A stretch of 64,000 bases of DNA from Gammaproteobacteria bacterium (GTDB lineage: Bacteria > Pseudomonadota > Gammaproteobacteria > UBA4575): positions 1,617,495 through 1,681,494 of the forward strand of contig OZ251487.1 in NCBI GenBank assembly GCA_965242685.1, given 5' to 3'. Positions 13,350 to 24,331 of the stretch are shown piece by piece. How positions within the stretch are numbered: position 1 is the first letter of the stretch; every line of letters begins with the position of its first letter. A program made the position numbers and the translations under genes. The notes beneath the pieces are model-generated. The model searched no databases. It was not told the DNA's origin and was given only the letters and a program-made list of their open reading frames with translations.

Positions 13350-14489
13350 CTATAGTCGCATAGGCATTATTACATACTGGTTTCTTTCTTCAGATTCTGT
13401 TGACGAACTTTCCTCTGGTGACCTGGGAAGAAGCAAAACGCTGCTATTCGCATCCCGGATGAAAATTTCCACATCCTTGGATTCCAACACATCTAAGACA
13501 TCAAGCAGGTATGAAACATTAAACCCAACTTCAAGCTTCTCTCCCTTGTAGTCAACTTTCATGTATTCCTCTGCTTCTTCCTGCTCCAAATTGTGTGCTT
13601 GAACCTGTAGAGAATCATTGTCTAAGATAAGCCTGACCCCCCTATTACCAGCAGATAAAATTGACACTCTGGAAAGAACTTGTTTCAGAGGAGCTCTTCC
13701 CACAACTAAACAATTCCCCTCTTTATTCGGCAATACCCGTTGATAATCCGGGAATTCACCTGCTACCAAACTTGATGTAAGTTGGACATCAGAGAGCAAC
13801 ACCCGAAATTGATTTTTGCAAAAGGAGAGATTTACAGTTTGTTCATCATCGAAATCTAGTAGTTTTTTTACCTCATGTACTCCCTTTCGAGGAAGGATGA
13901 TTTTTTTTGTTTCTTTTATGTCTGATGTGTGGTTGATCTGCGATAAGGCGAGGCGATGACCATCTGTGGCGATTGTTCTGATTTGGTTTTCACCTATTTC
14001 TAACAGCAATCCATTCAAATGAGGTCGAAAGTCTTCCTTTGCCATGGCAAAGGAAGACTTTTCTATAAGTACCCGCAAGTCACTCCGAGGGATAGAAATA
14101 CTTTCCCCTGAGGTTTCAAAATTCTTAGCTATCGGAAATTCTTCAGCAGATAATGAAGCAAGTAAAAACCGGCTATTTTTCCCAGACTTGATTTCAATTT
14201 TATCATTGTCAGCAATGGTAAATTCTATCTCCGAATTTTCGGGTAATGAATGGCATATATCCAAAAGTTTTTGTGCAGGAAGAGTTATTTTCCCATCAAA
14301 AGTATTACTCGGTTTTTCGAGAGCTGCGATAATCTCGATTTCAAGGTCTGTAGAAGTTATGGAAACCTTCTCAGGGGAGCTTGTTATAAGAATGTGGTTT
14401 AACATGGGTGTAGTTTGCTTTCGCTCGACGGCACCGATGACTTTTTGAAGTGGTCTTAGGATTTGTTCACGAGAAAAATATAATTTCAT
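13350..14489 (-). CDS. dnaN: DNA polymerase III beta sliding clamp
   Basis: ATDGHRLA, ILPRKGV, GEFPDYQRVLP, GFNVSYLLD, C-terminal VIMPMRL. Confidence 0.97.
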   Translation of the reverse strand: MKLYFSREQILRPLQKVIGAVERKQTTPMLNHILITSSPEKVSITSTDLEIEIIAALEKPSNTFDGKITLPAQKLLDICHSLPENSEIEFTIADNDKIEIKSGKNSRFLLASLSAEEFPIAKNFETSGESISIPRSDLRVLIEKSSFAMAKEDFRPHLNGLLLEIGENQIRTIATDGHRLALSQINHTSDIKETKKIILPRKGVHEVKKLLDFDDEQTVNLSFCKNQFRVLLSDVQLTSSLVAGEFPDYQRVLPNKEGNCLVVGRAPLKQVLSRVSILSAGNRGVRLILDNDSLQVQAHNLEQEEAEEYMKVDYKGEKLEVGFNVSYLLDVLDVLESKDVEIFIRDANSSVLLLPRSPEESSSTESEERNQYVIMPMRL

Positions 14490-14628
14490 TTCTAGATATC
14501 TCTTTAAATTTTAAATGAGTTTCTTTGTGGAAAACTCATAATTTTTCTTTCTTTTTAAATGCTTTTACAAATTATCCTTTTTAATTTTTCTTTTACTTTT
14601 CTTTTATCAAACTCTTATTTACAAATTA
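14490..14628. other. Candidate oriC / DNA-unwinding element in the dnaA-dnaN gap
   Basis: Very AT-rich 139-bp gap; DnaA box TGTGGAAAA (reverse complement TTTTCCACA) at 14526-14534; strand composition appears by eye to flip here. Confidence 0.5.
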
Positions 14629-15957
14629 TTAACTGTTTAGCTCTTGGACCAATCTAGTGTAGTCATCTTTTATTTGTTGGTTTTTTTTACATAAATCTTT
14701 GATTTTTCTATTGGCATGTAAAACTGTCGTATGATCGCGTCCACCAAAGGCATCCCCAATTTCGGGTAGGCTGTGGTTCGTTAGCTCCTTTGCTAGTGCC
14801 ATACCTATTTGTCTTGGCCGAGTAATGGAACGGTTGCGTCGCGGGGATAAGAGGTCGGAAACTCGCAATTTATAATATGTGGCTACTTTCTTTTGAATAT
14901 TTTCTATAGAAAGGGATCGCTTCTGTAAAGCTAATAGATCATTTAAGGCATGTTTTGCAGATTCAATAGTAATATCGGAATGGTTGTATTGAGTGCTGGC
15001 TACTACCCGATGCAGTGCTCCCTCCAACTCTCGAATATTGGAGCGAATCCGCTTGCAGATGAAAAAGGCTACATCCGAGGGAATTTCGACGTTCATTTGT
15101 GAGGCCTTGCTTTTTATTATAGCAACTCGTGTCTCTAGGTCAGGGGGGTCTATTGTTTGTGTCAGACCCCAGCCGAAACGTGATTTTAATCTTTCCTCCA
15201 GCCCTTCTACCTCTTTGGGATAGCGGTCACAAGATAGAATAATTTGTTTTCTGTTTTCTACTAGGGTGTTGAAAGTGTGGAAGAATTCTTCTTGGGATCT
15301 TCTCTTTTCTGCAAGAAATTGAATGTCGTCAACCAGTAGTGCACTTGTGGAACGGTAGCGTTGCTTAAACTCGTTAATTGTATTGTGTTGTAAAGCCCTG
15401 ACCATTTCAGTGACGAAACGTTCTGAGTGTAGATAAATAATCTTCATTGAAGGGTTTTTCTCTCGCATTAGGTTACCAGTTGCGTGTAGTAGGTGTGTCT
15501 TACCAAGTCCGACGCCCCCGTAGATGAAAAGGGGGTTATAGGCTTCACCTGGATGGTTTGCTACTTGCATAGCAGTAGCCTTTGGGAGTTGATTTGATTT
15601 GCCTTCGATAAAGATGTCGAAGGTCAGTTTTGGATTAAGATTGTGAGAGATATTGTTTCCTTTCTCTGGTTGAAGCGCCTCGTTTGGTTTCTTTGTAACG
15701 TCATGCTCATTACTACCGATCCTCAGCGAGATGTGATCAGGTGTGATTTTTCCTGTTGCGAGGACGATTTCGTGAATGCGTGGTAGAAAGTGTTTTTTTA
15801 CTTGGTCTAGAACGAAATGGTTGGGTGCAAGTAATGTTAGTCTTCCATTACCTCCAATGGCGTGCAAAGGACGAATCCAAGTGTTAAGCTGCTGTTCGGG
15901 TATTTCCGTTTCGAGTTGATTTAAACATGTTTTCCAAAGGATAGAGGGAGTGGTCAC
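14629..15957 (-). CDS. dnaA: Chromosomal replication initiator DnaA
   Basis: YNPLFIYGGVGLGKTHL, LLVDDIQF, RLKSRFGWGL, SLPEIGDAFGGRDHTTVLHA. Confidence 0.98.
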   Translation of the reverse strand: MTTPSILWKTCLNQLETEIPEQQLNTWIRPLHAIGGNGRLTLLAPNHFVLDQVKKHFLPRIHEIVLATGKITPDHISLRIGSNEHDVTKKPNEALQPEKGNNISHNLNPKLTFDIFIEGKSNQLPKATAMQVANHPGEAYNPLFIYGGVGLGKTHLLHATGNLMREKNPSMKIIYLHSERFVTEMVRALQHNTINEFKQRYRSTSALLVDDIQFLAEKRRSQEEFFHTFNTLVENRKQIILSCDRYPKEVEGLEERLKSRFGWGLTQTIDPPDLETRVAIIKSKASQMNVEIPSDVAFFICKRIRSNIRELEGALHRVVASTQYNHSDITIESAKHALNDLLALQKRSLSIENIQKKVATYYKLRVSDLLSPRRNRSITRPRQIGMALAKELTNHSLPEIGDAFGGRDHTTVLHANRKIKDLCKKNQQIKDDYTRLVQELNS

Positions 15958-16084
15958 TTCATCGGACTCCCAGTTTTTTTATTGTAGGTAACGAATGAGG
16001 ACATGGGGGAGCTAGTTTATCTGGGAACAATTCGGTTATCCACCATTTAATCTTAATCGGCTCGTTTCTTGTAATGAATAAACG

Positions 16085-16113
16085 TTGACAAATGTAAGAA
16101 GCATAATTATTTT
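16085..16113 (+). promoter_or_regulatory. Putative sigma70 promoter for the rpmH operon
   Basis: TTGACA-N17-TATTTT about 50 bp upstream of the rpmH ATG. Confidence 0.55.
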
Positions 16114-16165
16114 GTGCATATTATCAGATTGTCACTCTAAATGCTTGAAGAGAGAGTAGACCCAC

Positions 16166-16300
16166 ATGAAACGGACGTATCAACCCAGTAACGTGAAGCG
16201 CGCACGTAAGTACGGCTTCAGGGCAAGAATGAGGACGAAGGGTGGTCGTGCGATAATCAACGCTCGGCGGGCGCGAGGTCGCGCTCGGATATGCCCGTAA
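16166..16300 (+). CDS. rpmH: 50S ribosomal protein L34 (too short for the ORF track)
   Basis: Manual translation [44 protein letters not shown], 44 aa, divergent from dnaA. Confidence 0.97.
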   Translation: MKRTYQPSNVKRARKYGFRARMRTKGGRAIINARRARGRARICP

Positions 16301-16304
16301 GTTA

Positions 16305-16679
16305 TTGTCTGCGGTAGACCGATCTTTCACCTCGAGAGAGAGGCTGCATACAGCAAGTCAAATTCAACGTGTTTTTGATCAACCTGAGAGACGAAGGAAC
16401 GGGTTTTTCACGGTGTTATCGAGGGAAAACTCGGTATTTTACCCCCGTATGGGAAGGATCGTCGCGAGAAAAAATGTAAAGCGGGCCGTTGACCGTAACG
16501 CAATAAAGCGCATCATTAGGGAGAGCTTTCGCTCACACAAAGCACTGCTTCCTGCCAAGGACTTTGTAGTAATCTTAAACCAACCCATTGTATTCATACA
16601 ACATGGCAAATTGCGGCAACAGATAACCAACCTCTGGAAATCGTTTACTACAGTATGCAGTCAATCATCGCCAAGCTGA
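16305..16679 (+). CDS. rnpA: Ribonuclease P protein component
   Basis: RNR motif KRAVDRNAIKRIIRESFR; located after rpmH. Confidence 0.93.
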   Translation: MSAVDRSFTSRERLHTASQIQRVFDQPERRRNGFFTVLSRENSVFYPRMGRIVARKNVKRAVDRNAIKRIIRESFRSHKALLPAKDFVVILNQPIVFIQHGKLRQQITNLWKSFTTVCSQSSPS

Positions 16680-16894
16680 TAATTACGACTATTAAAGTAT
16701 ATCGCCTTATTCTGAGTCCATGGTTGGGACACCATTGCCGATTCCATCCAACCTGTTCCATATATGCTATCGAAGCCATACAAAAACACGGCGTGTCTCG
16801 CGGTGGCTGGTTAGCAGTGAAACGCCTTTCTCGTTGTCATCCTTGGCACGAAGGCGGCATGGACCCCGTACCAGAAGAACCGAACCATGGTTAA
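16655..16894 (+). CDS. yidD: Membrane protein insertion efficiency factor YidD
   Basis: CRFHPTCSIYAIEAI and RCHPWHEGGMDPVP. Confidence 0.95.
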   Translation: MQSIIAKLIITTIKVYRLILSPWLGHHCRFHPTCSIYAIEAIQKHGVSRGGWLAVKRLSRCHPWHEGGMDPVPEEPNHG

Positions 16895-18563
16895 TCAGAG
16901 GATCTTTTTATATTTAGCATTGGCATTCGTGCTATACATGATCTGGTTGACTTGGCAAAGGGAACAAGTGCTGCAATCCGCACCGCCGCAGACGGTGGAA
17001 CAGCAAGAAGCCATTAAAGATGGCACACGGGCGAACGCACAGGACCTCCCGGACATTGCAGAATCCAGCACCAGGCAGCAGACGGAGGAGCAAGCGATTA
17101 ATGCCACATCGAAGAGCCGACGAATACATGTAAGCACGGACGTATTGGAAGTTATGATCGACACCCGTGGGGGTGACGTGCGGCAAGTGGACTTACCTAC
17201 CTACCCGATTTCCTTGGAGAGAAGAGATGAGCCTTTTCGACTGTTGAGAAGCGATAGCCTCACCTATATTGCCCAGTCCGGGCTGCGACATGATAAGGTT
17301 GATGGTAAGCAAGCCGATATCGCCATGGCACCGACGCACCATGACATATATATGGCGGAAAAAGACAGTTACACATTAGAAGAAGGACAAGACAGTGTGG
17401 AGGTTACGCTCACTTGGTTTGGTAACAACGGTATTCGGGTAGAGAAAGTCTTTACCTTCTATCGTGACTCGTTTGTGTTTGACGTAACGCACCGAGTGAT
17501 CAACCAGGGGGCGGAAACCTGGACGGGGCGTCAGTATCAGCAGTTGCGGCATAGTTCCATTTCGGAAAACCGAAGCTGGCTACGCCTACCAACGTATACC
17601 GGCACAGCCTATTACGACGGTGCTTACCACAAACACTCTTTCAACGATGTGGGAGAAGATCCGATCAGCCAGCGCGTAACGGGTGGCTGGGTTGCCATGC
17701 TACAGCATTACTTTGTCTCCGCCTGGATACCAGGTCCTAAAGAAGAAACCCGTTTCTACAGCAAGGAAGTCAAAGCGGCCGGGGAGCGGCAATATCTGAT
17801 CGGTACCCTGTCTTTGGCAAAGATGGTCCCGCCGGGTGGCAGCGTAGAATTTACCAGGCAATTGTATGTTGGGCCTAAGTTACAAAACAGGCTGAAAAAA
17901 ATAACGGAGGGTTTGGACCTCAGTGTTGACTACGGCATGTTTTCGATATTGTCAAAGCCGTTGTTTTGGTTGCTGGAATGGTTTTACAAGCTGGCGGGAA
18001 ACTGGGGGGTAGCGATTATCCTTATCACTGTGGTCGTTAAACTTGTGTTTTATAAGTTATCGGAAGCTAGTTACAAGTCAATGGCTCGCATGCGCAAGAT
18101 CCAACCCAGGTTTCAGGCGTTGCGCGAGCGCTATGCGGATGACAAGCAAAAAATGAATCAGGCAGTAATGCAAATGTACAAGAAGGAGAAAATAAATCCA
18201 CTTGGAGGGTGTTTACCGATTCTGGTGCAGATGCCCGTATTCTTGGCGTTGTATTGGGTGTTGGTAGAGAGCGTCGAGTTGCGACAGGCCCCGTTCATGC
18301 TTTGGATCAACGATCTTTCTATTCGCGACCCTGTTTTTGTGTTGCCGCTACTGATGGGCGCCAGCATGTATATCCAGTTCAAATTAAACCCTACCCCGCC
18401 GGACCCAATGCAAGCCAAGATATTTGCCATGATGCCCATAATGATGACGGTCTTCATGGCCTTTTTCCCGGCCGGGCTGGTATTGTACTGGTTGATGAAC
18501 AACATCTTGTCTATTGCGCAGCAATACGTAATCACAAGGCGTATAGAGAAGGCTGCATATTAA
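16887..18563 (+). CDS. yidC: Membrane protein insertase YidC
   Basis: GNWGVAII, KEKINPLGGCLPILVQMPVF, ELRQAPF, PAGLVLYW. Confidence 0.97.
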   Translation: MVNQRIFLYLALAFVLYMIWLTWQREQVLQSAPPQTVEQQEAIKDGTRANAQDLPDIAESSTRQQTEEQAINATSKSRRIHVSTDVLEVMIDTRGGDVRQVDLPTYPISLERRDEPFRLLRSDSLTYIAQSGLRHDKVDGKQADIAMAPTHHDIYMAEKDSYTLEEGQDSVEVTLTWFGNNGIRVEKVFTFYRDSFVFDVTHRVINQGAETWTGRQYQQLRHSSISENRSWLRLPTYTGTAYYDGAYHKHSFNDVGEDPISQRVTGGWVAMLQHYFVSAWIPGPKEETRFYSKEVKAAGERQYLIGTLSLAKMVPPGGSVEFTRQLYVGPKLQNRLKKITEGLDLSVDYGMFSILSKPLFWLLEWFYKLAGNWGVAIILITVVVKLVFYKLSEASYKSMARMRKIQPRFQALRERYADDKQKMNQAVMQMYKKEKINPLGGCLPILVQMPVFLALYWVLVESVELRQAPFMLWINDLSIRDPVFVLPLLMGASMYIQFKLNPTPPDPMQAKIFAMMPIMMTVFMAFFPAGLVLYWLMNNILSIAQQYVITRRIEKAAY

Positions 18564-18596
18564 CCCTGAGCAATTCTGCTTTGAAGGGCGCGTATC

Positions 18597-19925
18597 TTGG
18601 TGCAACAACAAGGTGAGCCCATATGTGCGCTGGCGACCCCGCCCGGCCGGGGTGCATTGTCGATAGTGCGATTATCCGGTGAAGGGGCTTTGGACGTCGC
18701 GGTTAAAATCACGCACAAAGCACTTCCTATACGCAAGGCAAGCCACACGAGATTTTACGATAGTCGGGGCGAAATCATTGATCAAGGCATCGCCATTTAT
18801 TTTCAAACCCCCGCCTCGTTTACAGGCGAAGATCTGGTTGAATTTCACTGCCATGGCAGTCCGGTCGTATCCGGCGTACTGCTTAAGACCCTTTGCGCAA
18901 GCGGTGCGCGTCTTGCCACACCCGGGGAATTTAGCTTACGCGCTTTTGTGAATAACAAAATCGACTTACTCCAAGCCGAGGCGATCGCCGATCTCATCAA
19001 CAGCACTACCGAACAAGGGGCACGAGCGGCGGCACGCTCCATGCAGGGCGCCTTCTCGGTGCGCGTGCAGGAAGTGCTGGTCAGATTGATTCAAATACGT
19101 ACCGAGCTAGAGGCTCGGCTTGACTTTCCCGATGAAGAGATAGACGAGCAATCACGCGGACGGATGGACATGGGACTCGCTGAACTCGAGCTTGTATTGG
19201 CAGAGTTGTTACGGCTTGCCGAACAGGGAGAACGCCTGCAAACCGGTGTCACCGTTGCTATAGGAGGCAGGCCTAATGTCGGCAAGTCAAGCTTGCTAAA
19301 TGCATTGGCACAAAGCGACGTTGCAATCGTCACCGAAATACCGGGCACCACTCGGGACACCCTTACCGCGGATATCGACGTCCGGGGGATGCCGGTACGG
19401 TTGGTCGATACTGCGGGTATGCGCAGCACGAAAAACACAGTTGAAAAGAAAGGTATTGAACGTGCCAGACGTGTCTTTTCGCAAGCGGATATTATCCTGT
19501 GGGTGCGCGACGTTTCACAGGAAGAACATGCCCCCCCAAATGAGGTGGACGTAACCAAGGTTATTTACGTGTGCAACAAAATTGACTTAGGTAATTATCC
19601 ACCCGTCACAGAAAAAAATCGGGTCTATCTATCTGCTAAAACGGGTGAGGGCATACAAAATTTGATGGCCATGCTTTCTGCACGGCTATTCAGCCAACAG
19701 TCCGGCGACACCCTTTTTCTCGCCCGTCGCCGGCATTTGATTGCGCTGCAACGGGTGCATGAAAACATAAAAGCGGCGCGCCAATGTGTGCGCCTGTCCG
19801 CGGGACTTGAATTGATTGCCGAAGAGTTGCGATGCGCGCAGCAATTTCTGGGAGAAATTAGTGGTGAGTTTACCGCCGATGACCTGCTCGGTAGAATCTT
19901 CAGTGAGTTTTGTATGGGTAAATAG
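18597..19925 (+). CDS. mnmE: tRNA modification GTPase MnmE
   Basis: ATPPGRGA, SFTGED, GRPNVGKSS, DTAG, NKID, C-terminal FCMGK. Confidence 0.96.
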   Translation: MVQQQGEPICALATPPGRGALSIVRLSGEGALDVAVKITHKALPIRKASHTRFYDSRGEIIDQGIAIYFQTPASFTGEDLVEFHCHGSPVVSGVLLKTLCASGARLATPGEFSLRAFVNNKIDLLQAEAIADLINSTTEQGARAAARSMQGAFSVRVQEVLVRLIQIRTELEARLDFPDEEIDEQSRGRMDMGLAELELVLAELLRLAEQGERLQTGVTVAIGGRPNVGKSSLLNALAQSDVAIVTEIPGTTRDTLTADIDVRGMPVRLVDTAGMRSTKNTVEKKGIERARRVFSQADIILWVRDVSQEEHAPPNEVDVTKVIYVCNKIDLGNYPPVTEKNRVYLSAKTGEGIQNLMAMLSARLFSQQSGDTLFLARRRHLIALQRVHENIKAARQCVRLSAGLELIAEELRCAQQFLGEISGEFTADDLLGRIFSEFCMGK

Positions 19926-19970
19926 TCGAATCGCAAGCCTTTCTTGGCTAAGATGTAATACCTAAAACCT

Positions 19971-21869
19971 ATGAATAAAAGCAATCAGTACTACACCGTG
20001 ATCGTAATTGGCGGCGGCCATGCCGGTACGGAGGCCGCCTTGGCGGCGGCGCGCATGGGCTGTAGTACGTTGTTAGTTACCCATAACGTTGAAACCATTG
20101 GACAAATGAGTTGCAATCCTGCCATCGGGGGTATCGGAAAAAGCCATTTGGTCAAGGAAATAGATGCCATGGGCGGTACGATGGCACGGGCGGCGGATCA
20201 CGCCGGAATACATTTTCGCGTCCTCAACTCTCGCAAGGGGCCTGCAGTGCGAGCCACGCGCGCACAAGCCGACCGAATGCTTTATAAGGTCGCTATTCGC
20301 TCGCGCGTAGAGCAACAGGAAAACTTACAGGTTTTTCAACAGGAGATAAACGACCTGATTGTTGAGGGCGATCGCGTTCGTGGCGTAGTTACGCAAAGCG
20401 GAATCAAGTTCTATGCTCAGGCGGTAGTGCTGACGGCGGGTACGTTTTTGGGGGGTAAAATCTATGTTGGCGACCGTTGCCACGCGGCCGGACGTGCCGG
20501 CGATCCCCCGGCCCAAGTGCTTGCGCAACGATTACGCGAAATGCCGTTCAGGGTGAAGCGATTAAAAACCGGTACGCCGCCACGTATAGATGGGCGCAGC
20601 ATTGATTACGCACAAACTACCGTTCAGCCCGGGGATACCCCGCCGCCGGTATTTTCGTTTATGGGGAGTGCCGAACTACACCCCGAACAAGTGGACTGCC
20701 ATATCGCTTATACCAATATGACCACCCACGAGATCATTCAACGCGACCTTCACCTTTCCCCCATGTTTAACGGTGACATCAAGAGCATTGGCCCGCGTTA
20801 TTGCCCCTCAATCGAAGATAAAGTTACCCGCTTTGCGGACCGGCGGCAGCATCAGATCTTTATAGAGCCCGAGGGATTACAGACCAGAGAAATCTACCCG
20901 AACGGCATCTCTACCAGTCTTCCGTACGAGACGCAGCGTGAATTCGTGCACTCTATAAAAGGCTTTGAAAAAGCCCATATTACGCGGCCGGGATACGCCA
21001 TTGAATACGATTTTTTTGATCCTCGGGATTTACGCCCGAGTTTGGAAACGAAGGCAATAGCAGGGCTTTATTTTGCCGGTCAGATTAACGGCACGACCGG
21101 CTACGAAGAGGCCGCCGCACAAGGTTTGGTTGCCGGCGTTAATGCAGCAAGACGGGTACAGGAAAAAGAAGCATGGGTGCCGCGGCGCAATGAAGCCTAT
21201 ATCGGTGTAATGATTGACGACTTGGTGACGCGCGGCACCATTGAACCGTACCGCATGTTTACCAGTCGCGCCGAGTTCAGGTTGACCCTGCGACAGGATA
21301 ATGCAGACCTTCGGCTTACGGAAACGGCGCGCGAACTGGGTTGTTTGTCTGAAGTCCAGTGGCGGATTTTTACCGAGAAGCGCGATGCGATTGATGAGCA
21401 GACCCGGCGGTTACAGGGGATCTGGATACAACCTTCCGACTTCGTTGCAGAGCGATGCAGGGAAGAATTAGGGATAACGGTCGAGCGCAAAAGCAACGTG
21501 TATGAATTACTACGCAAACCGGAAATTGACTGGGCGACGCTGCAAAAAATAACCGAGCAGACGCTTGGTCTTAGTAACGTTGCCCTCGAAGTAGGTGAGC
21601 AACTTGAAATACAGGCCAAATATGCCGGCTATATTGAACGCCAGAATGTACAGGCGGAACGACTGCAGCAGCAAGAAAAAGTGGCCTTGCCCGAAGATAT
21701 AGATTATGCCGGAGTGACGGGACTTTCCAATGAAGCAAAGCAGAGGCTACTGTCGATAAAGCCGCTGACCATCGGCCAGGCAGCGAGAATTCCGGGTATC
21801 ACGCCGGCGGCGATTTCATTGTTATTGGTACATCTTAAGGCAGGCCGTTCATCAAGAAAGAGCGCTTGA
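19971..21869 (+). CDS. mnmG: tRNA uridine-5-carboxymethylaminomethyl synthesis enzyme MnmG (GidA)
   Basis: [45 protein letters not shown]. Confidence 0.98.
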   Translation: MNKSNQYYTVIVIGGGHAGTEAALAAARMGCSTLLVTHNVETIGQMSCNPAIGGIGKSHLVKEIDAMGGTMARAADHAGIHFRVLNSRKGPAVRATRAQADRMLYKVAIRSRVEQQENLQVFQQEINDLIVEGDRVRGVVTQSGIKFYAQAVVLTAGTFLGGKIYVGDRCHAAGRAGDPPAQVLAQRLREMPFRVKRLKTGTPPRIDGRSIDYAQTTVQPGDTPPPVFSFMGSAELHPEQVDCHIAYTNMTTHEIIQRDLHLSPMFNGDIKSIGPRYCPSIEDKVTRFADRRQHQIFIEPEGLQTREIYPNGISTSLPYETQREFVHSIKGFEKAHITRPGYAIEYDFFDPRDLRPSLETKAIAGLYFAGQINGTTGYEEAAAQGLVAGVNAARRVQEKEAWVPRRNEAYIGVMIDDLVTRGTIEPYRMFTSRAEFRLTLRQDNADLRLTETARELGCLSEVQWRIFTEKRDAIDEQTRRLQGIWIQPSDFVAERCREELGITVERKSNVYELLRKPEIDWATLQKITEQTLGLSNVALEVGEQLEIQAKYAGYIERQNVQAERLQQQEKVALPEDIDYAGVTGLSNEAKQRLLSIKPLTIGQAARIPGITPAAISLLLVHLKAGRSSRKSA

Positions 21870-21958
21870 AACTGAAACCCGCGCTGTGTTTTGGCACGCT
21901 CCATGCGTAGTCTGGTCTCAACTAGAGTCTTTGCCTTTGTACGGAACCAACAAATATT

Positions 21959-22582
21959 ATGAACCATGCCGGATTGCTGCGGGCGGGAGCCGAACAACTA
22001 CATATTCACATGGCGGGCAGGCAGGTGGACGCACTCCTTCAATTTGTTACCTTGCTGCAGAAGTGGAACAAAATTTACAGTCTCAGTTCTATCCGGAGCA
22101 CGAAGGGAATTATTATCGGACATATTTTGGACAGCTTGTCGGCGACACCTTATCTTCATGGCCGTCGCGTCATAGATATTGGCAGCGGTGCCGGGCTGCC
22201 GGGGATTCCCCTTGCGTGCGCATCTCTGGATAAGGAATTTTTACTGCTGGATGCGAGTGTCAAAAAAACCTGTTTTATTCAACAGGCGATCATTGAACTC
22301 GGCTTAAAAAATGTTCGCGTGGTGCGACAGGATGTTGCCCGCTACCAGCCGTCACAGGAATTTGATACGGTAATAAGCCGCGCCTTTGCAAGGGGTGAAA
22401 AATTACTGAAAGCCGTTGACCACTTGCTGTACCGAGGGCGAGTGATAGTCATGCTCGGCAAGCAAACATGGTTTCAGGGGCTACCTGAAAACTATGCCTT
22501 GGCAGGGGTGTATACGGTGCAAGTTCCAATGTTGCGGGCAAGCCGTCATATCGCGGTAATCGAGAAGAGTTTCAATGGCTAA
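21959..22582 (+). CDS. rsmG: 16S rRNA m7G527 methyltransferase RsmG (GidB)
   Basis: HILDSL, DIGSGAGLPGIPLA, SRAFA. Confidence 0.95.
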   Translation: MNHAGLLRAGAEQLHIHMAGRQVDALLQFVTLLQKWNKIYSLSSIRSTKGIIIGHILDSLSATPYLHGRRVIDIGSGAGLPGIPLACASLDKEFLLLDASVKKTCFIQQAIIELGLKNVRVVRQDVARYQPSQEFDTVISRAFARGEKLLKAVDHLLYRGRVIVMLGKQTWFQGLPENYALAGVYTVQVPMLRASRHIAVIEKSFNG

Positions 22583-23339
22583 AATAATTTCCATCACTAA
22601 TCAAAAAGGGGGTGTGGGAAAAACCACCACCACTGTCAATTTAGCTGCCTCCATGTCCGCAACCAAGCGTAGAGTATTGCTGATCGACCTTGATCCACAG
22701 GGAAACGCTACCATGGGTTCCGGTGTGGACAAGCGACAGGTGGAAAATACCACCGCGCAAGTGTTACTTGATGAGTTCTCTGCCAAGGGATGTATCGTAG
22801 CCAGCAAAGGCGGCTATGACTTGCTGCCGGGAAATGAACAGTTGACGATTGCCGAAGTGAAGTTGTTGGGACTTGAACGGCGCGAATTCAGACTGCGCCA
22901 TGCAATACGAGAAATTGACGGGCGGTACGACTATATTTTTATTGATTGCCCGCCCGCCTTGAACATGCTTGCCGTAAACGGTCTGGTTGCTGCAAATAGC
23001 GTCATTATTCCGACACAATGCGAGTACTATGCGCTGGAGGGGTTGTCCGCGCTGATGCAAGCTGTTGAACGTATTCGCATGACGGCTAACCCGGAATTAA
23101 AAGTTGAAGGACTGTTGCGCACCATGTTTGACCCACGTAATAATCTGGCGAAAGATGTCTCTATACAGCTTGTTTCACACTTTGGGGCCCGTGTCTATCG
23201 CACCATCATCCCCCGCAACGTTACGTTGGCCGAAGCCCCCAGTCACGGGTTACCGGTGTTACTGTATGATAAACGTTCGCGTGGCGCCTTGGCATACTTG
23301 GCAATGGCGGGTGAGATGCTGCGACGTGAAGAGACATAA
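22575..23339 (+). CDS. parA: Chromosome partitioning ATPase ParA/Soj
   Basis: NQKGGVGKTTT, DLDPQGNAT, IDCPP, LAEAPSHG. Confidence 0.96.
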   Translation: MAKIISITNQKGGVGKTTTTVNLAASMSATKRRVLLIDLDPQGNATMGSGVDKRQVENTTAQVLLDEFSAKGCIVASKGGYDLLPGNEQLTIAEVKLLGLERREFRLRHAIREIDGRYDYIFIDCPPALNMLAVNGLVAANSVIIPTQCEYYALEGLSALMQAVERIRMTANPELKVEGLLRTMFDPRNNLAKDVSIQLVSHFGARVYRTIIPRNVTLAEAPSHGLPVLLYDKRSRGALAYLAMAGEMLRREET

Positions 23340-23361
23340 TTCAGGGGTTGAATAATCTGAG

Positions 23362-24240
23362 GTGGACATGACGAGCAAGAAACGAGGATTGGGGACGATG
23401 GGTGTTGATATGCTGCTGAGTGCGGTGGACACGCAAGCCGTCAAGAGTGATGCCAAGGAAGCTTTGTGGAATCTGCCGATAGATGTGATTAAACGAAATC
23501 CTTATCAACCCCGGCAAACAATGGAATCCGAAGCGCTTGAAGCGTTGACGAACTCAATACGACGACAAGGCGTTGTACAGCCAATCGTAGTGCGAGAAGT
23601 GGATGGCAATTATCAACTTATCGCTGGTGAACGGCGCTGGCACGCGGCACAACGGGCGGGTCTCGAGAAAATTCCGGCAATCATAAAAGATGTCAGTGAC
23701 CAGGAAGCCGCGGCGATTGCACTGATTGAAAATTTGCAACGAGAGGATTTAAACCCGCTTGAAGAGGCGCAGGCGTTTGCCAACCTGGTTGAAAAGTTTG
23801 ACTTAACTCATCAAGAGGTTGGCGACATAGTAAGCTGTTCCCGTACGGCAGTGAGCAACAGTTTACGTTTGTTGACGCTGTCGGTTCCAGTCAAAGAGCT
23901 GTTGCAACAAGGACAGCTTGAAATGGGCCATGCGCGTGCATTGCTGGCATTGCGGGAGGCGGAGCAAATAGACGGTGCCCGTCTCATCGTAAAACGACAG
24001 CTTTCGGTGCGTGCCGCAGAAGCACTGGTAAAGAAAATGCAGCAAAAGAATGAAAAGACGTGGCCACTTGGCCGGGAGGATGCCGACGTCGTTCGTTTAC
24101 GACAACAGCTTTCAGATCATTTGGGTGCTGACGTAGCCGTTCTGCATAAAAAAAACGGGGGTGGACGAGTACAAATTCGGTATACCAGTCTTGATGAGTT
24201 GGAGGGAATCATCGAGAAATTGCTACCCGAGACAAAATAA
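23362..24240 (+). CDS. parB: Chromosome partitioning protein ParB/Spo0J
   Basis: NPYQPR, IAGERRW, ENLQREDLNPLEEA, MGHARALL. Confidence 0.96.
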   Translation: MDMTSKKRGLGTMGVDMLLSAVDTQAVKSDAKEALWNLPIDVIKRNPYQPRQTMESEALEALTNSIRRQGVVQPIVVREVDGNYQLIAGERRWHAAQRAGLEKIPAIIKDVSDQEAAAIALIENLQREDLNPLEEAQAFANLVEKFDLTHQEVGDIVSCSRTAVSNSLRLLTLSVPVKELLQQGQLEMGHARALLALREAEQIDGARLIVKRQLSVRAAEALVKKMQQKNEKTWPLGREDADVVRLRQQLSDHLGADVAVLHKKNGGGRVQIRYTSLDELEGIIEKLLPETK

Positions 24241-24280
24241 TTTTGTCATTATTAGAATTGCGCCTTGCTCCGAAATGCTG

Positions 24281-24309
24281 TTGAGATTTTACGGTTCAGA
24301 TTTTATACT
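24281..24309 (+). promoter_or_regulatory. Putative sigma70 promoter of the atp operon
   Basis: TTGAGA-N17-TATACT upstream of atpI. Confidence 0.55.
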
Positions 24310-24331
24310 GCGCGCGGTTGAAAAACGAAGT

